Positions 10,458 through 19,157 of a stretch of 51,674 nt of DNA are shown piece after piece. Positions within the stretch are counted from its first letter, which is position 1. Each line of letters opens with the position of its first letter. The notes beneath the pieces were generated by a model, which saw only the letters and a program-made list of their open reading frames with translations, had not been told where the DNA came from and searched no databases. Location of the stretch: assembly GCA_028685665.1 (NCBI GenBank), contig JAQUDN010000002.1, positions 1 to 51,674 on the forward strand, read 5' to 3'. The DNA is from Burkholderiaceae bacterium (GTDB taxonomy: Bacteria; Pseudomonadota; Gammaproteobacteria; Burkholderiales; Burkholderiaceae_C). A program made the position numbers and the translations under genes.

Positions 10458-11576
10458 ATGTTCATAGGTGTGCCAGCGGAGGCCATGGCAGGCGAGGCGC
10501 GGGTGGCGGCGACGCCCGAAACCGTCAAGAAACTCAAGGCGCAGGGCCATACCCTGCGCATCCAGTCGGGGGCCGGGGTGGCGGCCAGCGTCCCCGATGC
10601 GGCGTATGAGGCGGCCGGTGCCGAGATCACCGACGCCGCCGGGGCCTGGGGGGCCGATCTGGTGCTCAAGGTGCGCTGCCCCAGCGAAGCCGAGGTGCCG
10701 CTGCTGCGCCCCGGGGCAACGCTGGTGGGCATGCTCAATCCCTTTGATGCCGCGGGACTGCAGCGCCTGGCCGATGCCGGCGTGACGGCCTACGCCTTGG
10801 AAGCCGCTCCGCGCACGACCCGGGCCCAGAGCATGGACGTGCTCTCGTCGCAGGCCAATATTGCCGGCTACAAGGCCGTGATGATCGCCGCCGACAAGTA
10901 CCAGCGCTTCTTTCCCATGCTCATGACGGCGGCGGGCACCGTCAAGGCAGCGCGCGTGGTCGTCCTGGGCGTGGGGGTGGCCGGTCTGCAGGCCATTGCC
11001 ACGGCCAAGCGCCTTGGGGCCGTGATCGAGGCCTCCGACGTGCGCCCTTCCGTGAAGGAGCAGGTCGAATCGCTGGGCGCCAAGTTCATCGAGGTGCCCT
11101 ACGAAACCCAGGAAGAAAAAGACGCCGCCGAAGGCGTGGGCGGCTATGCCCGCCCCATGCCGCAAAGCTGGCTCGACCGCCAGAAAGCCGAAGTGGCCAA
11201 GCGCGTGGCCCAGGCCGACGTGGTCATCACCACGGCGCTGATTCCCGGCCGCGCGGCCCCGGTGCTGGTCACGCCAGAGATGGTGCAGTCCATGAAGCCC
11301 GGGTCGGTCATCGTCGATCTTGCGGCCCCGCAGGGCGGCAACTGCCCGCTGACCGAGCCGGGCCAGACCGTGGTCAAGCACGGCGTGACGCTGGTGGGCG
11401 AGACCAATCTGCCCGCGCTGGTGGCCGCCGACGCTTCGTCGCTGTATGCGCGCAATGTGCTGGACTTCCTCAAGCTCATCCTCACCCAGGAGGGCGCTTT
11501 GCAGGTGGACCTGCAGGACGACATCGTCGCCGCCTGCCTCATGGCCCATGGGGGCCAGCTCCGGCGCGCCGCCTGA
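10458..11576 (+). CDS. pntAA: NAD(P) transhydrogenase subunit alpha, part 1
   Basis: MFIGVPAEAMAGEARVAATPETVKKL..., VLGVGVAGLQAIATAKRLGA. AGGAG lies upstream of the ATG. Confidence 0.93.
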   Translation: MFIGVPAEAMAGEARVAATPETVKKLKAQGHTLRIQSGAGVAASVPDAAYEAAGAEITDAAGAWGADLVLKVRCPSEAEVPLLRPGATLVGMLNPFDAAGLQRLADAGVTAYALEAAPRTTRAQSMDVLSSQANIAGYKAVMIAADKYQRFFPMLMTAAGTVKAARVVVLGVGVAGLQAIATAKRLGAVIEASDVRPSVKEQVESLGAKFIEVPYETQEEKDAAEGVGGYARPMPQSWLDRQKAEVAKRVAQADVVITTALIPGRAAPVLVTPEMVQSMKPGSVIVDLAAPQGGNCPLTEPGQTVVKHGVTLVGETNLPALVAADASSLYARNVLDFLKLILTQEGALQVDLQDDIVAACLMAHGGQLRRAA

Positions 11577-11652
11577 CGCGCCGGACTCCCCGCCCGCGCA
11601 GACCGGCCCCGGGCCGGCTGCTTCCCCCGTTTTCATTCCGACAGGAGGACCC

Positions 11653-11982
11653 ATGGACGCCGTATCCCCCACCCTCATCAATCTGATCATTTTTGTTCTG
11701 GCCATTTACGTGGGCTACCACGTGGTGTGGACCGTCACCCCTGCATTGCACACGCCGCTGATGGCCGTGACCAATGCGATCTCGGCCATCGTCATCGTGG
11801 GCGCCATGCTCGCGGCGGCCCTCACGGAGACCACGCTCGGCAAGAGCATGGGCGTGCTGGCCGTGGCGCTGGCGGCGGTGAATGTGTTCGGGGGCTTCCT
11901 CGTCACGCGCCGCATGCTGGAGATGTTCAAGAAAAAAGACCGCAAAGCGCCCGCTGGTAGTGCGCAAGCAGCTATCAAATAA
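11653..11982 (+). CDS. pntAB: NAD(P) transhydrogenase subunit alpha, part 2 (membrane)
   Basis: INLIIFVLAIYVGYHVVWTVTPALHTPLMAVTNAISAIVIVGA. GGAGG lies upstream. Confidence 0.9.
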   Translation: MDAVSPTLINLIIFVLAIYVGYHVVWTVTPALHTPLMAVTNAISAIVIVGAMLAAALTETTLGKSMGVLAVALAAVNVFGGFLVTRRMLEMFKKKDRKAPAGSAQAAIK

Positions 11983-11994
11983 GGAGCGATCGAC

Positions 11995-13422
11995 ATGAGC
12001 ATGAACCTTGTCACGCTGCTGTACCTTGTTGCCAGCGTCTGCTTCATTCAGGCCCTGAAGGGCCTGTCGCACCCCACCACCTCGATCCGGGGCAACCTCT
12101 TCGGCATGACCGGCATGGCGATCGCCATCCTGACCACGGCCGCACTCATCGTCGAACTGTCGGGCGGCCAGGGCACGGGCATGGCCTATGTGCTGGGCGC
12201 TCTGGTGGTGGGCGGTGCTGCGGGCACCTTCATGGCCCAGCGGGTCGAGATGACCAAGATGCCCGAGCTGGTGGCCTTCATGCACAGCATGATCGGCCTG
12301 GCTGCGGTGTTCATTGCCGTGGCCGCAGTGGCCGAACCCTGGGCGTTCCAGATCGTCACCAAGGGCCAGCCGATTCCGGCGGGCAACCGGCTGGAGCTGT
12401 TCCTGGGGGCGGCCATTGGCGCCATCACCTTCAGCGGTTCGGTGATTGCGTTCGGCAAGCTGTCGGGCAAATACAAGTTCCGCCTGTTCCAGGGCGCGCC
12501 CGTGCAGTTTTCCGGGCAGCATCTGCTCAACCTGGTGCTGGGCCTGGCCACGGTCGGTCTGGGCCTGGTGTTCATGTTCACCGAGAACTGGACGGCTTTC
12601 TTCGCCATGCTGGCGCTGTCCTTCGTTCTGGGCGTGCTCATCATCATCCCGATCGGCGGTGCCGACATGCCGGTGGTGGTTTCCATGCTCAACAGCTACT
12701 CGGGCTGGGCGGCCGCCGGCATCGGCTTTTCGCTGAACAACTCCATGCTGATCATTGCCGGTTCGCTGGTGGGCAGCTCGGGTGCGATCCTGAGCTACAT
12801 CATGTGCAAGGCCATGAACCGCTCGTTCTTCAACGTGATTCTGGGCGGTTTTGGCGGGGACACCAGCACGGCCGCGGCGGCGGGCAGCTCGGTGCAGCGC
12901 AGCGTGAAATCCGGCAGCGCCGACGATGCCGCCTTCGTGCTGGGCAATGCCGAAACCGTGGTGATCGTGCCCGGCTACGGCCTGGCCGTGGCCCGGGCGC
13001 AGCACGCCGTGAAGGAGCTGGCGCAAAAACTCACCGAGAAAGGCATCACCGTCAAGTACGCGATCCACCCGGTGGCAGGCCGCATGCCGGGCCATATGAA
13101 CGTGCTGCTGGCCGAAGCCGAAGTGCCTTACGACCAGGTGTTCGAGATGGAAGACATCAATGGCGAGTTTGGCCAGGCCGATGTCGCCATCATCCTGGGG
13201 GCCAACGATGTGGTGAACCCCGCAGCGCACATCAAGGGCAGCCCGATTTACGGCATGCCGATACTTGAAGCCTACAAGGCCAAGACCGTGATCGTGAACA
13301 AGCGCTCGATGGCCGCTGGGTATGCGGGCCTCGACAACGAACTCTTCTACATGGACAAGACCATGATGGTGTTCGGCGATGCCAAGAAGGTGGTCGAGGA
13401 CATCGGCAAAGCCATCGAGTGA
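11995..13422 (+). CDS. pntB: NAD(P) transhydrogenase subunit beta
   Basis: Multi-TM N-terminal half plus a dIII domain (VIVPGYGLAVARAQH..., IHPVAGRMPGHMNVLLAEA). Confidence 0.95.
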   Translation: MSMNLVTLLYLVASVCFIQALKGLSHPTTSIRGNLFGMTGMAIAILTTAALIVELSGGQGTGMAYVLGALVVGGAAGTFMAQRVEMTKMPELVAFMHSMIGLAAVFIAVAAVAEPWAFQIVTKGQPIPAGNRLELFLGAAIGAITFSGSVIAFGKLSGKYKFRLFQGAPVQFSGQHLLNLVLGLATVGLGLVFMFTENWTAFFAMLALSFVLGVLIIIPIGGADMPVVVSMLNSYSGWAAAGIGFSLNNSMLIIAGSLVGSSGAILSYIMCKAMNRSFFNVILGGFGGDTSTAAAAGSSVQRSVKSGSADDAAFVLGNAETVVIVPGYGLAVARAQHAVKELAQKLTEKGITVKYAIHPVAGRMPGHMNVLLAEAEVPYDQVFEMEDINGEFGQADVAIILGANDVVNPAAHIKGSPIYGMPILEAYKAKTVIVNKRSMAAGYAGLDNELFYMDKTMMVFGDAKKVVEDIGKAIE

Positions 13423-13504
13423 GCGGCGGCGGGCACGCGTCCTCGGCGCGCAGCGCCGCGGGCTGTGCGCCCCTCCGACGCGCGCGCTCCCATGGCACAA
13501 GGCC

Positions 13505-13535
13505 AATCCGCCCGGAATGGGCGGATTTTGCTTTT
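13505..13535 (+). terminator. Intrinsic terminator after pntB
   Basis: AATCCGCCC-ggaat-GGGCGGATT followed by a T-rich tail (TTTGCTTTT). Confidence 0.7.
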
Positions 13536-13624
13536 GGGTCTGCGATCGGAGACAATCCCATTTTTAGAACGACCGTGCTTTTTTGTGCCACCCCATCCAT
13601 AACGATTTCCTGGAGACATTCCCC

Positions 13625-15304
13625 ATGACCGAACGCCCCTGGTTGTCCAGCTACCCCGAAGGCGTGCCCGCCGACATCGATCCTGCCCAGTACCTTTCCC
13701 TGGTCGCCCTGATGGACGAGGCTTTCACCCGGTATGCCGATCGGATCGCCTACAGCTTCATGGGCCAGGACATCACCTTTGCCCAGACCGATGCCATGAG
13801 CACCGCCTTTGCGGCCTATCTGCAGGGGCTGGGCTTGGTCAAGGGCGACCGCGTGGCCCTCATGATGCCCAACATACCGCAGTACCCCGTGGCCGTGGCG
13901 GCCGTCCTGCGCGCTGGTTTCGTGGTCGTGAACGTCAACCCGCTCTACACCCCGCGCGAGCTGGAATACCAGCTCAAGGATGCGGGTGCCAAGGCGGTGG
14001 TCATCATCGAGAACTTCGCGGCCACCCTGCAGCAATGCATCGCCCAGACGCCCGTCCAGCATGTCGTTCTGTGCGCCATGGGCGACCAGTTGGGATGGCT
14101 CAAGGGGGCGCTGGTCAACGGTGTGGTGCGCCATATCAAGAAGTTGGTGCCGCCCTTCCAGCTGCCGGGGGCGGTGCGCTTCAACGACGCACTGGCCCTG
14201 GGGCAGCAGAGCCGTCTGCAGCCCCCCGCGCTGCAACCCGACGACGTGGCCTTGCTCCAGTACACCGGGGGCACCACCGGGGTCAGCAAAGGGGCCGTGC
14301 TGTTGCACCGCAATGTGATTGCCAATGTGCTGCAGTCCGAAGCCTGGAACGATCCCGTCATGCGCCAGATTCCCGCCGGGGAGCAATCCACCAGCGTCTG
14401 CGCGCTGCCGCTCTATCACATCTTCGCTTTCACGGTGAACATGATGCTGAGCATGCGCACCGGGGGCAAAACCCTGCTGATTCCCAACCCCAGGGACTTT
14501 GCGGCGGTGCTCAAGGAACTGTCCCGGCACACCTTCCACAGCTTTCCTGCGGTCAACACCCTGTTCAACGCCCTGCTGCACCACCCCGCCTTCGACACGG
14601 TGGACTGGAGCCACCTGAAGGTGTCGGTGGGCGGTGGCATGGCCGTACAGAGCGCCGTGGCCCAGCAGTGGCTGGCCAGGACGGGCTGCCCCATCTGCGA
14701 GGGCTATGGGCTCTCCGAGACCAGCCCCTCGGTCAGCTGCAATCCCGTGACCGCCCAGGAATACAGCGGCACGATTGGCGTGCCCCTGCCCAGCACCCAC
14801 ATGAAACTGATCGACGACGACGGCCGCGATGTCCAGGTGCTGGGCCAGCCGGGCGAAATCGTCATCCAGGGCCCCCAGGTGATGGCGGGTTATTGGCAGC
14901 GTCCCGATGAAACCTCCAAGGCCATGACCGAAGACGGTTATTTCCGCACCGGCGACATCGGCACGATGGATGCGCGGGGCTTCTTCAAGATCGTGGACCG
15001 CAAGAAAGACATGATTCTGGTCAGTGGCTTCAATGTCTATCCCAACGAGGTCGAGGCCGTTCTGGCCGCCTGCCCCGGGGTGCTGGAGTCCGCCGTAGTC
15101 GGCATTCCGGACGCCAAAATGGGCGAAGCCGTCAAGCTCGTCATCGTCAAGGCCTCCCCCGAGCTGACCGAGGCCCAGGTGCGCGCCTATTGCCAGGCCC
15201 ACCTCACCGGCTACAAGCAGCCCAAGGTGATTGAGTTCCGCACCGAATTGCCCAAAACCCCGGTCGGCAAGATCCTGCGCCGCGAACTGCGCCAAAAACC
15301 ATGA
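13625..15304 (+). CDS. fadD: Long-chain-fatty-acid--CoA ligase
   Basis: MTERPWLSSYPEGVP..., AMP-binding motif LQYTGGTTGVSKGA, GYGLSETSP, and C-terminal PKTPVGKILRREL. Confidence 0.92.
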   Translation: MTERPWLSSYPEGVPADIDPAQYLSLVALMDEAFTRYADRIAYSFMGQDITFAQTDAMSTAFAAYLQGLGLVKGDRVALMMPNIPQYPVAVAAVLRAGFVVVNVNPLYTPRELEYQLKDAGAKAVVIIENFAATLQQCIAQTPVQHVVLCAMGDQLGWLKGALVNGVVRHIKKLVPPFQLPGAVRFNDALALGQQSRLQPPALQPDDVALLQYTGGTTGVSKGAVLLHRNVIANVLQSEAWNDPVMRQIPAGEQSTSVCALPLYHIFAFTVNMMLSMRTGGKTLLIPNPRDFAAVLKELSRHTFHSFPAVNTLFNALLHHPAFDTVDWSHLKVSVGGGMAVQSAVAQQWLARTGCPICEGYGLSETSPSVSCNPVTAQEYSGTIGVPLPSTHMKLIDDDGRDVQVLGQPGEIVIQGPQVMAGYWQRPDETSKAMTEDGYFRTGDIGTMDARGFFKIVDRKKDMILVSGFNVYPNEVEAVLAACPGVLESAVVGIPDAKMGEAVKLVIVKASPELTEAQVRAYCQAHLTGYKQPKVIEFRTELPKTPVGKILRRELRQKP

Positions 15305-16050
15305 CCACTGCCATCCTGAGTGCCCTGCCCGAAGAACAGTCCGGGCTGGTCGCCGCCCTCCAGCAGCCCCGGCGCTCGGAGCGAGCGGGGCGTGTTTTCT
15401 GGCAAGGGCAGCTGCACGGCCGGCCGGTGGTGCTGGCCTTGTCCGGCATCGGCAAAGTGGCGGCCGCCACCACCGCCGGGGCGCTGATCGAAGGTTTTGG
15501 CGTGCAGCGCATCGTCTTTACCGGCGTGGCCGGCGGGGTGGGTGACGGTGTGCAGGTGGGCGATCTGGTGGTGGCGCAGGACTATCTGCAGCACGATATG
15601 GACGCCTCGCCGCTGTTCCCGCGCTGGGAGCTGCCCGGTTACGCGCGCACCCGGCTGGCGTGCGATGCCCCTTTGTCTGCTCTGCTTTTGATAGCTGCTA
15701 GTGCAGGCCTGAAAAGCGCTGGAGTGGTTTTTGAGGCTCACAATGCAGCCCGGCCACCACGGGTCCACCAGGGCCTGGTGGCCAGTGGCGACCGCTTTGT
15801 CGCCACCGCCCAGGAGTCGCACCAATTGCGCGCCCGGCTGGCAGCGGCAGGCCACGAGGTGCTGGCCGTGGAAATGGAAGGTGCCGCCGTGGCCCAGGTG
15901 TGCCTGGACTACGGCATACCGTTTGCCGCCGTGCGCACGGTCTCCGACCGTGCCGACGACGACGCGCATGTCGATTTCCTCCAGTTCGTGCAGACCGTGG
16001 CCAGCCGCTATGCGGACCATGTCGTGCAGCATTTGCTGCCTTTGCTATAG
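15301..16050 (+). CDS. mtnN: 5'-methylthioadenosine/S-adenosylhomocysteine nucleosidase
   Basis: ILSALPEE..., GIGKVAAA, VASGDRFV, AVEMEGAAVAQVC, VRTVSD. There is an ATGA overlap with fadD. The gene contains an in-frame low-GC repeat copy. Confidence 0.88.
   Translation: MTTAILSALPEEQSGLVAALQQPRRSERAGRVFWQGQLHGRPVVLALSGIGKVAAATTAGALIEGFGVQRIVFTGVAGGVGDGVQVGDLVVAQDYLQHDMDASPLFPRWELPGYARTRLACDAPLSALLLIAASAGLKSAGVVFEAHNAARPPRVHQGLVASGDRFVATAQESHQLRARLAAAGHEVLAVEMEGAAVAQVCLDYGIPFAAVRTVSDRADDDAHVDFLQFVQTVASRYADHVVQHLLPLL
15683..15732 (+). repeat. Dispersed low-GC repeat, copy b (intragenic, in frame in mtnN; 5' arm shortened)
   Basis: TGCTTTTGATAGCTGCTAGTGCAGGCCTGAAAAGCGCTGGAGTGGTTTTT. It shares the GATAGCTGC core and the GCGCTGGAGnnnnTTTT end with the other copies. 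Confidence 0.7.
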
Positions 16051-16097
16051 ATTAAATAGCTGCAACCGCCCTGTAATTAAGCCTTGGAGCGGATTTT
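16043..16097 (+). repeat. Dispersed low-GC repeat, copy c (supplies the mtnN stop codon and fills the convergent spacer)
   Basis: TGCTATAGATTAAATAGCTGCAACCGCC...GCCTTGGAGCGGATTTT. Confidence 0.8.
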
Positions 16098-16098
16098 C

Positions 16099-17046
16099 TT
16101 ACTTCTGCACCCACTGCATCAGCCAGGGCATGGCGGCCAGCCAGCTGTTGAGGGTGAGGAAAGACAGCACGGTCGAGAGCACCAGCGCCGCCGAGCAAAA
16201 ACCGCCCAGCCCGTACTTCTGGGCCAGCGTGGGCAGCAGCACCGGGATGGGCATGCAGGCAAACATCAGGGCGGCGGTCTGCAGCTGCGGGTCGAAGCGG
16301 GGCATCAGCCGCAACAGCAGCAGCGTGGCCAGGGGGTGCAGCAGCAGTTTGCCCAGGGCCAGGGCGCTGAGTTCCTTGCCCCAGCCCGCCAGGGGCTGGC
16401 CGACCAGCATGCCGCCGATCATGAACAGGGCGACGGGGGCGGCGGCGCTGCTGAGCAGCGCGAGGGTTTTTTGCAGGGGCGGGGCCAGATCGAGGCCCAG
16501 GGCCGACCCGCCCAGGCCGGCCAGAATCGACAGGAAGACCGGGCTTTTGAACAGCGCCCGCAGCGATTGCCGCAGCGAATCGCGCCAGCTCAGGTGGCTG
16601 CCCGAGTCGGCCACGGCCATCGTCAGCGGAATGATCAGGGCGATTTCGGTCAGCAGGCACAGGGCCAGGGCGATGTCGGCCGCTGGCCCCAGCAGGGGCT
16701 GCACGATGGGGTAGCCGATGAACACGCTGTTCGAATTCGACATGCCTTGGCCGTACAGCGCGCTGCGGGTGCGGTCGTGCCCGCACAGCTTGCGGGCCAA
16801 GGCGACGCCGGCCAGCCAGGTCAGCAGCGAGGCCAGCACATACACCCCGAGGTAATCGGTGTTGAGCACTTCGCCGAGCCGGTACTGCGAAATGGCGCGA
16901 AACACCAGGCAGGGCAGGCTGATGCGCAGCAGGAACTGCCCCAGAACACCCATGTGCTCACGCGTGAAAACCCCCTGGCGCACGCTGGCGAAGCCCAGCG
17001 CGATGATCAGGTAGATCGGGGTGGTGATCGCCAGAATCTGCAGCAT
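16099..17046 (-). CDS. AEC (auxin efflux carrier) family transporter
   Basis: About 10 TM segments; MLQILAITTPIYLIIALGF... is typical of AEC/MdcF-like permeases. Confidence 0.85.
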   Translation of the reverse strand: MLQILAITTPIYLIIALGFASVRQGVFTREHMGVLGQFLLRISLPCLVFRAISQYRLGEVLNTDYLGVYVLASLLTWLAGVALARKLCGHDRTRSALYGQGMSNSNSVFIGYPIVQPLLGPAADIALALCLLTEIALIIPLTMAVADSGSHLSWRDSLRQSLRALFKSPVFLSILAGLGGSALGLDLAPPLQKTLALLSSAAAPVALFMIGGMLVGQPLAGWGKELSALALGKLLLHPLATLLLLRLMPRFDPQLQTAALMFACMPIPVLLPTLAQKYGLGGFCSAALVLSTVLSFLTLNSWLAAMPWLMQWVQK

Positions 17047-17071
17047 GCGTGCCGGGGCCGGTGCTGCGGGT

Positions 17072-18058
17072 TTACTTGAGCCAGCCGCGCTTGCGGAAAT
17101 ACCACATCGGCCCGAGTGCGCTGGCCACCATCAGCCCCAGGGCGTAGGGGTAGCCCCAGGTCTGGGCCAGTTCGGGCATGTATTGAAAGTTCATGCCATA
17201 GACGCTGGCAATCAGGGTGGGGGGCAGCAGGGCCACGCTGGCCACCGAGAAGATCTTGATGATCTTGTTCTGGTTGATGTTGATGAAACCCACGGTGGCG
17301 TCCATCAGGAAGTTGATCTTGTCGAACAGGAAGGCGGTGTGGTTGTCGAGGGACTCGATGTCGCGCAGGATCTGGCGCGCGTCCTCGAACTGTTCGGCGT
17401 TCAACATCTTGCTGCGCATCATGAAGCTGACGGCGCGGCGCGTGTCCATGACGTTGCGGCGGATGCGGCCGTTCAAGTCTTCCTGGCGGGCGATGGCGGC
17501 CAGCACTTCGCCGGCGCGGCTGTCGGTCACGTCGCCGGCCAGCACCTGTTTGCTGACCTTTTCGAGTTCGTCGTAGATGTTTTCCAGGGTGTCGGCCGAA
17601 TACTCCGCGTCCATGTCGTAGAGCTTGAGCAGCACTTCCTTGGCGTCTTCGATCAGGCCCGGCGCGCGGCGCGCCCGCATGCGCAGCAGGCGGAACACGG
17701 GCACGGCCTCGTCGTGGATCGAAAACAGCACGCCGCGGCTTTTGAGGTCGGTGTTGTGCTGGTTCAGGATGAAGGCCACGCGCACCGAGCGCGGGTCGGC
17801 ATCGTCATCGATCAGAAAGTCGGTGCGGATGTGCAGCTCGCCGTTGTCTTCTTCGTAGAAGCGGGCGGATTCTTCGATGTCTTCGTCCATCGCATCTTCG
17901 GGGATGGACAGGCCGTAGTGCTGCTTGATCCAGCGTTTTTCTTCGACCGTGGGATCTTCCAGGTCCACCCAGATCGGCTGGAAACGCGTCAGCTCTTCCA
18001 GCGATTCGATTTCTTCCTGGAACAGCCGGCCATTGGCAAGCGTAAAGATGTTGAGCAT
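17072..18058 (-). CDS. corA: Magnesium/cobalt transporter CorA
   Basis: C-terminal YGMNF (GMN) motif flanked by two TM helices, plus an acidic cytoplasmic domain. Confidence 0.93.
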   Translation of the reverse strand: MLNIFTLANGRLFQEEIESLEELTRFQPIWVDLEDPTVEEKRWIKQHYGLSIPEDAMDEDIEESARFYEEDNGELHIRTDFLIDDDADPRSVRVAFILNQHNTDLKSRGVLFSIHDEAVPVFRLLRMRARRAPGLIEDAKEVLLKLYDMDAEYSADTLENIYDELEKVSKQVLAGDVTDSRAGEVLAAIARQEDLNGRIRRNVMDTRRAVSFMMRSKMLNAEQFEDARQILRDIESLDNHTAFLFDKINFLMDATVGFININQNKIIKIFSVASVALLPPTLIASVYGMNFQYMPELAQTWGYPYALGLMVASALGPMWYFRKRGWLK

Positions 18059-18271
18059 GGGCTCACTCCCGTGATGTGATGGCGTCTGCGAGGGGGGAAG
18101 CGGGGTGCTTTCAACCCCCCCACCTCAGGCCGGGGAGTTGAAAGCTACCAACTGGGGTAGGTTTCCAAGGAGCTGTCTCCGTGCGTTGTGCGTTGATGGC
18201 AAGCGGCGGATTATGGCATCGCAACATGGCAGGGCCGTGGCGCTGCCCTGGGCTGCGGTGGCGCGCTGGTT

Positions 18272-19081
18272 TCAGCCCGGTGCGGCCTGGCGCACCCGGG
18301 CCAGTGCCATGCACAGATCGGTCCAGGCGGCGGCTTTGGTGGCTTGGGAGCGCAGCAGAAAGGCCGGGTCGTAGCTGACGATGGCGGGACACGCGCCCAC
18401 CTGGTGGGGTTCGGCGCGCAGCCGGCCCAGGGGCTCGGTGCGGCCCAGTCCGGCCCGGGCGGCCAGGTGGCCCAGCACCAGCACCATGGCCGGTTGCACC
18501 TCGGCCACGGCCTGTGCCAGCGCTTCGGCCAGGCTGCCGGCGGGGGCCTCGGCGTCTGGCGGGTTCCGCTCCACCGCGGCCAGAAAAACCCGGGGGTGGC
18601 GGTGCAGCTGCAGGGCCCGCAGCATGTTGTCCAGCAGCCGGCCCACGTCGCCTCCCAGGGGGTCGTTGGGGGTCAGGCTTTCGGTCACGATCAGCCAGGC
18701 GCGGCCCAAGCCGGGCGGGGTCCGGGCTGGGTCGGCCTCGGGGTAGAGCACTTGCGGGGGATGCAGGACCAGTGCCGCCCCGGCGCCTGCGGGGTGGGCG
18801 CTGGGAGGGGGCGGCGCAGGCCTCGGAATCGACACCGCGACGGGGGGCGGGGTCGGTGCGGCCGTGGGCGCTGGAATGGGGCGCGCGGCCTGCGGGGCGG
18901 GGCGTTCCATCGGGGGGCGCGTGGCGGGTGCAGGGGCCGTGGGGGCCGCTTCGGGCTGTGCCAGGGGCCGGGGGCCGGGGGTGTGCGGTGCGGCGGCGGG
19001 GTCCGGTGCGGCAGGCGACCAGACCGTGACCCCCATTTCCTGGAGCATGGCGCGTTGGCGCGCATCAAGGGAGAGGCTCAT
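18272..19081 (-). CDS. Uracil-DNA glycosylase family-4-like protein with a Pro/Ala-rich linker
   Basis: The C-terminal domain aligns by eye to UDG family 4 (..LIVTESLTPNDPLGGDVGRLLDNML.., ..SYDPAFLLR..). Start chosen at MSLSLDARQ. It is the last gene of the tsaB-rimI operon. Confidence 0.7.
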   Translation of the reverse strand: MSLSLDARQRAMLQEMGVTVWSPAAPDPAAAPHTPGPRPLAQPEAAPTAPAPATRPPMERPAPQAARPIPAPTAAPTPPPVAVSIPRPAPPPPSAHPAGAGAALVLHPPQVLYPEADPARTPPGLGRAWLIVTESLTPNDPLGGDVGRLLDNMLRALQLHRHPRVFLAAVERNPPDAEAPAGSLAEALAQAVAEVQPAMVLVLGHLAARAGLGRTEPLGRLRAEPHQVGACPAIVSYDPAFLLRSQATKAAAWTDLCMALARVRQAAPG

Positions 19082-19157
19082 ACAGACAGGTCCATGCAAA
19101 CGGGGGCGGGCGAGGGGCGCAAAGGGGGCAACAGGGCGCAAAAGGCCGTGAAGGAGC

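Noticed and set aside
13232-15295. 687-aa minus-strand ORF opposite fadD, and similarly 35759..38479 opposite leuS, 11539..13506 opposite pntB and 6497..8104 opposite pyk
   Set aside because: These are shadow ORFs of strongly supported plus-strand genes.
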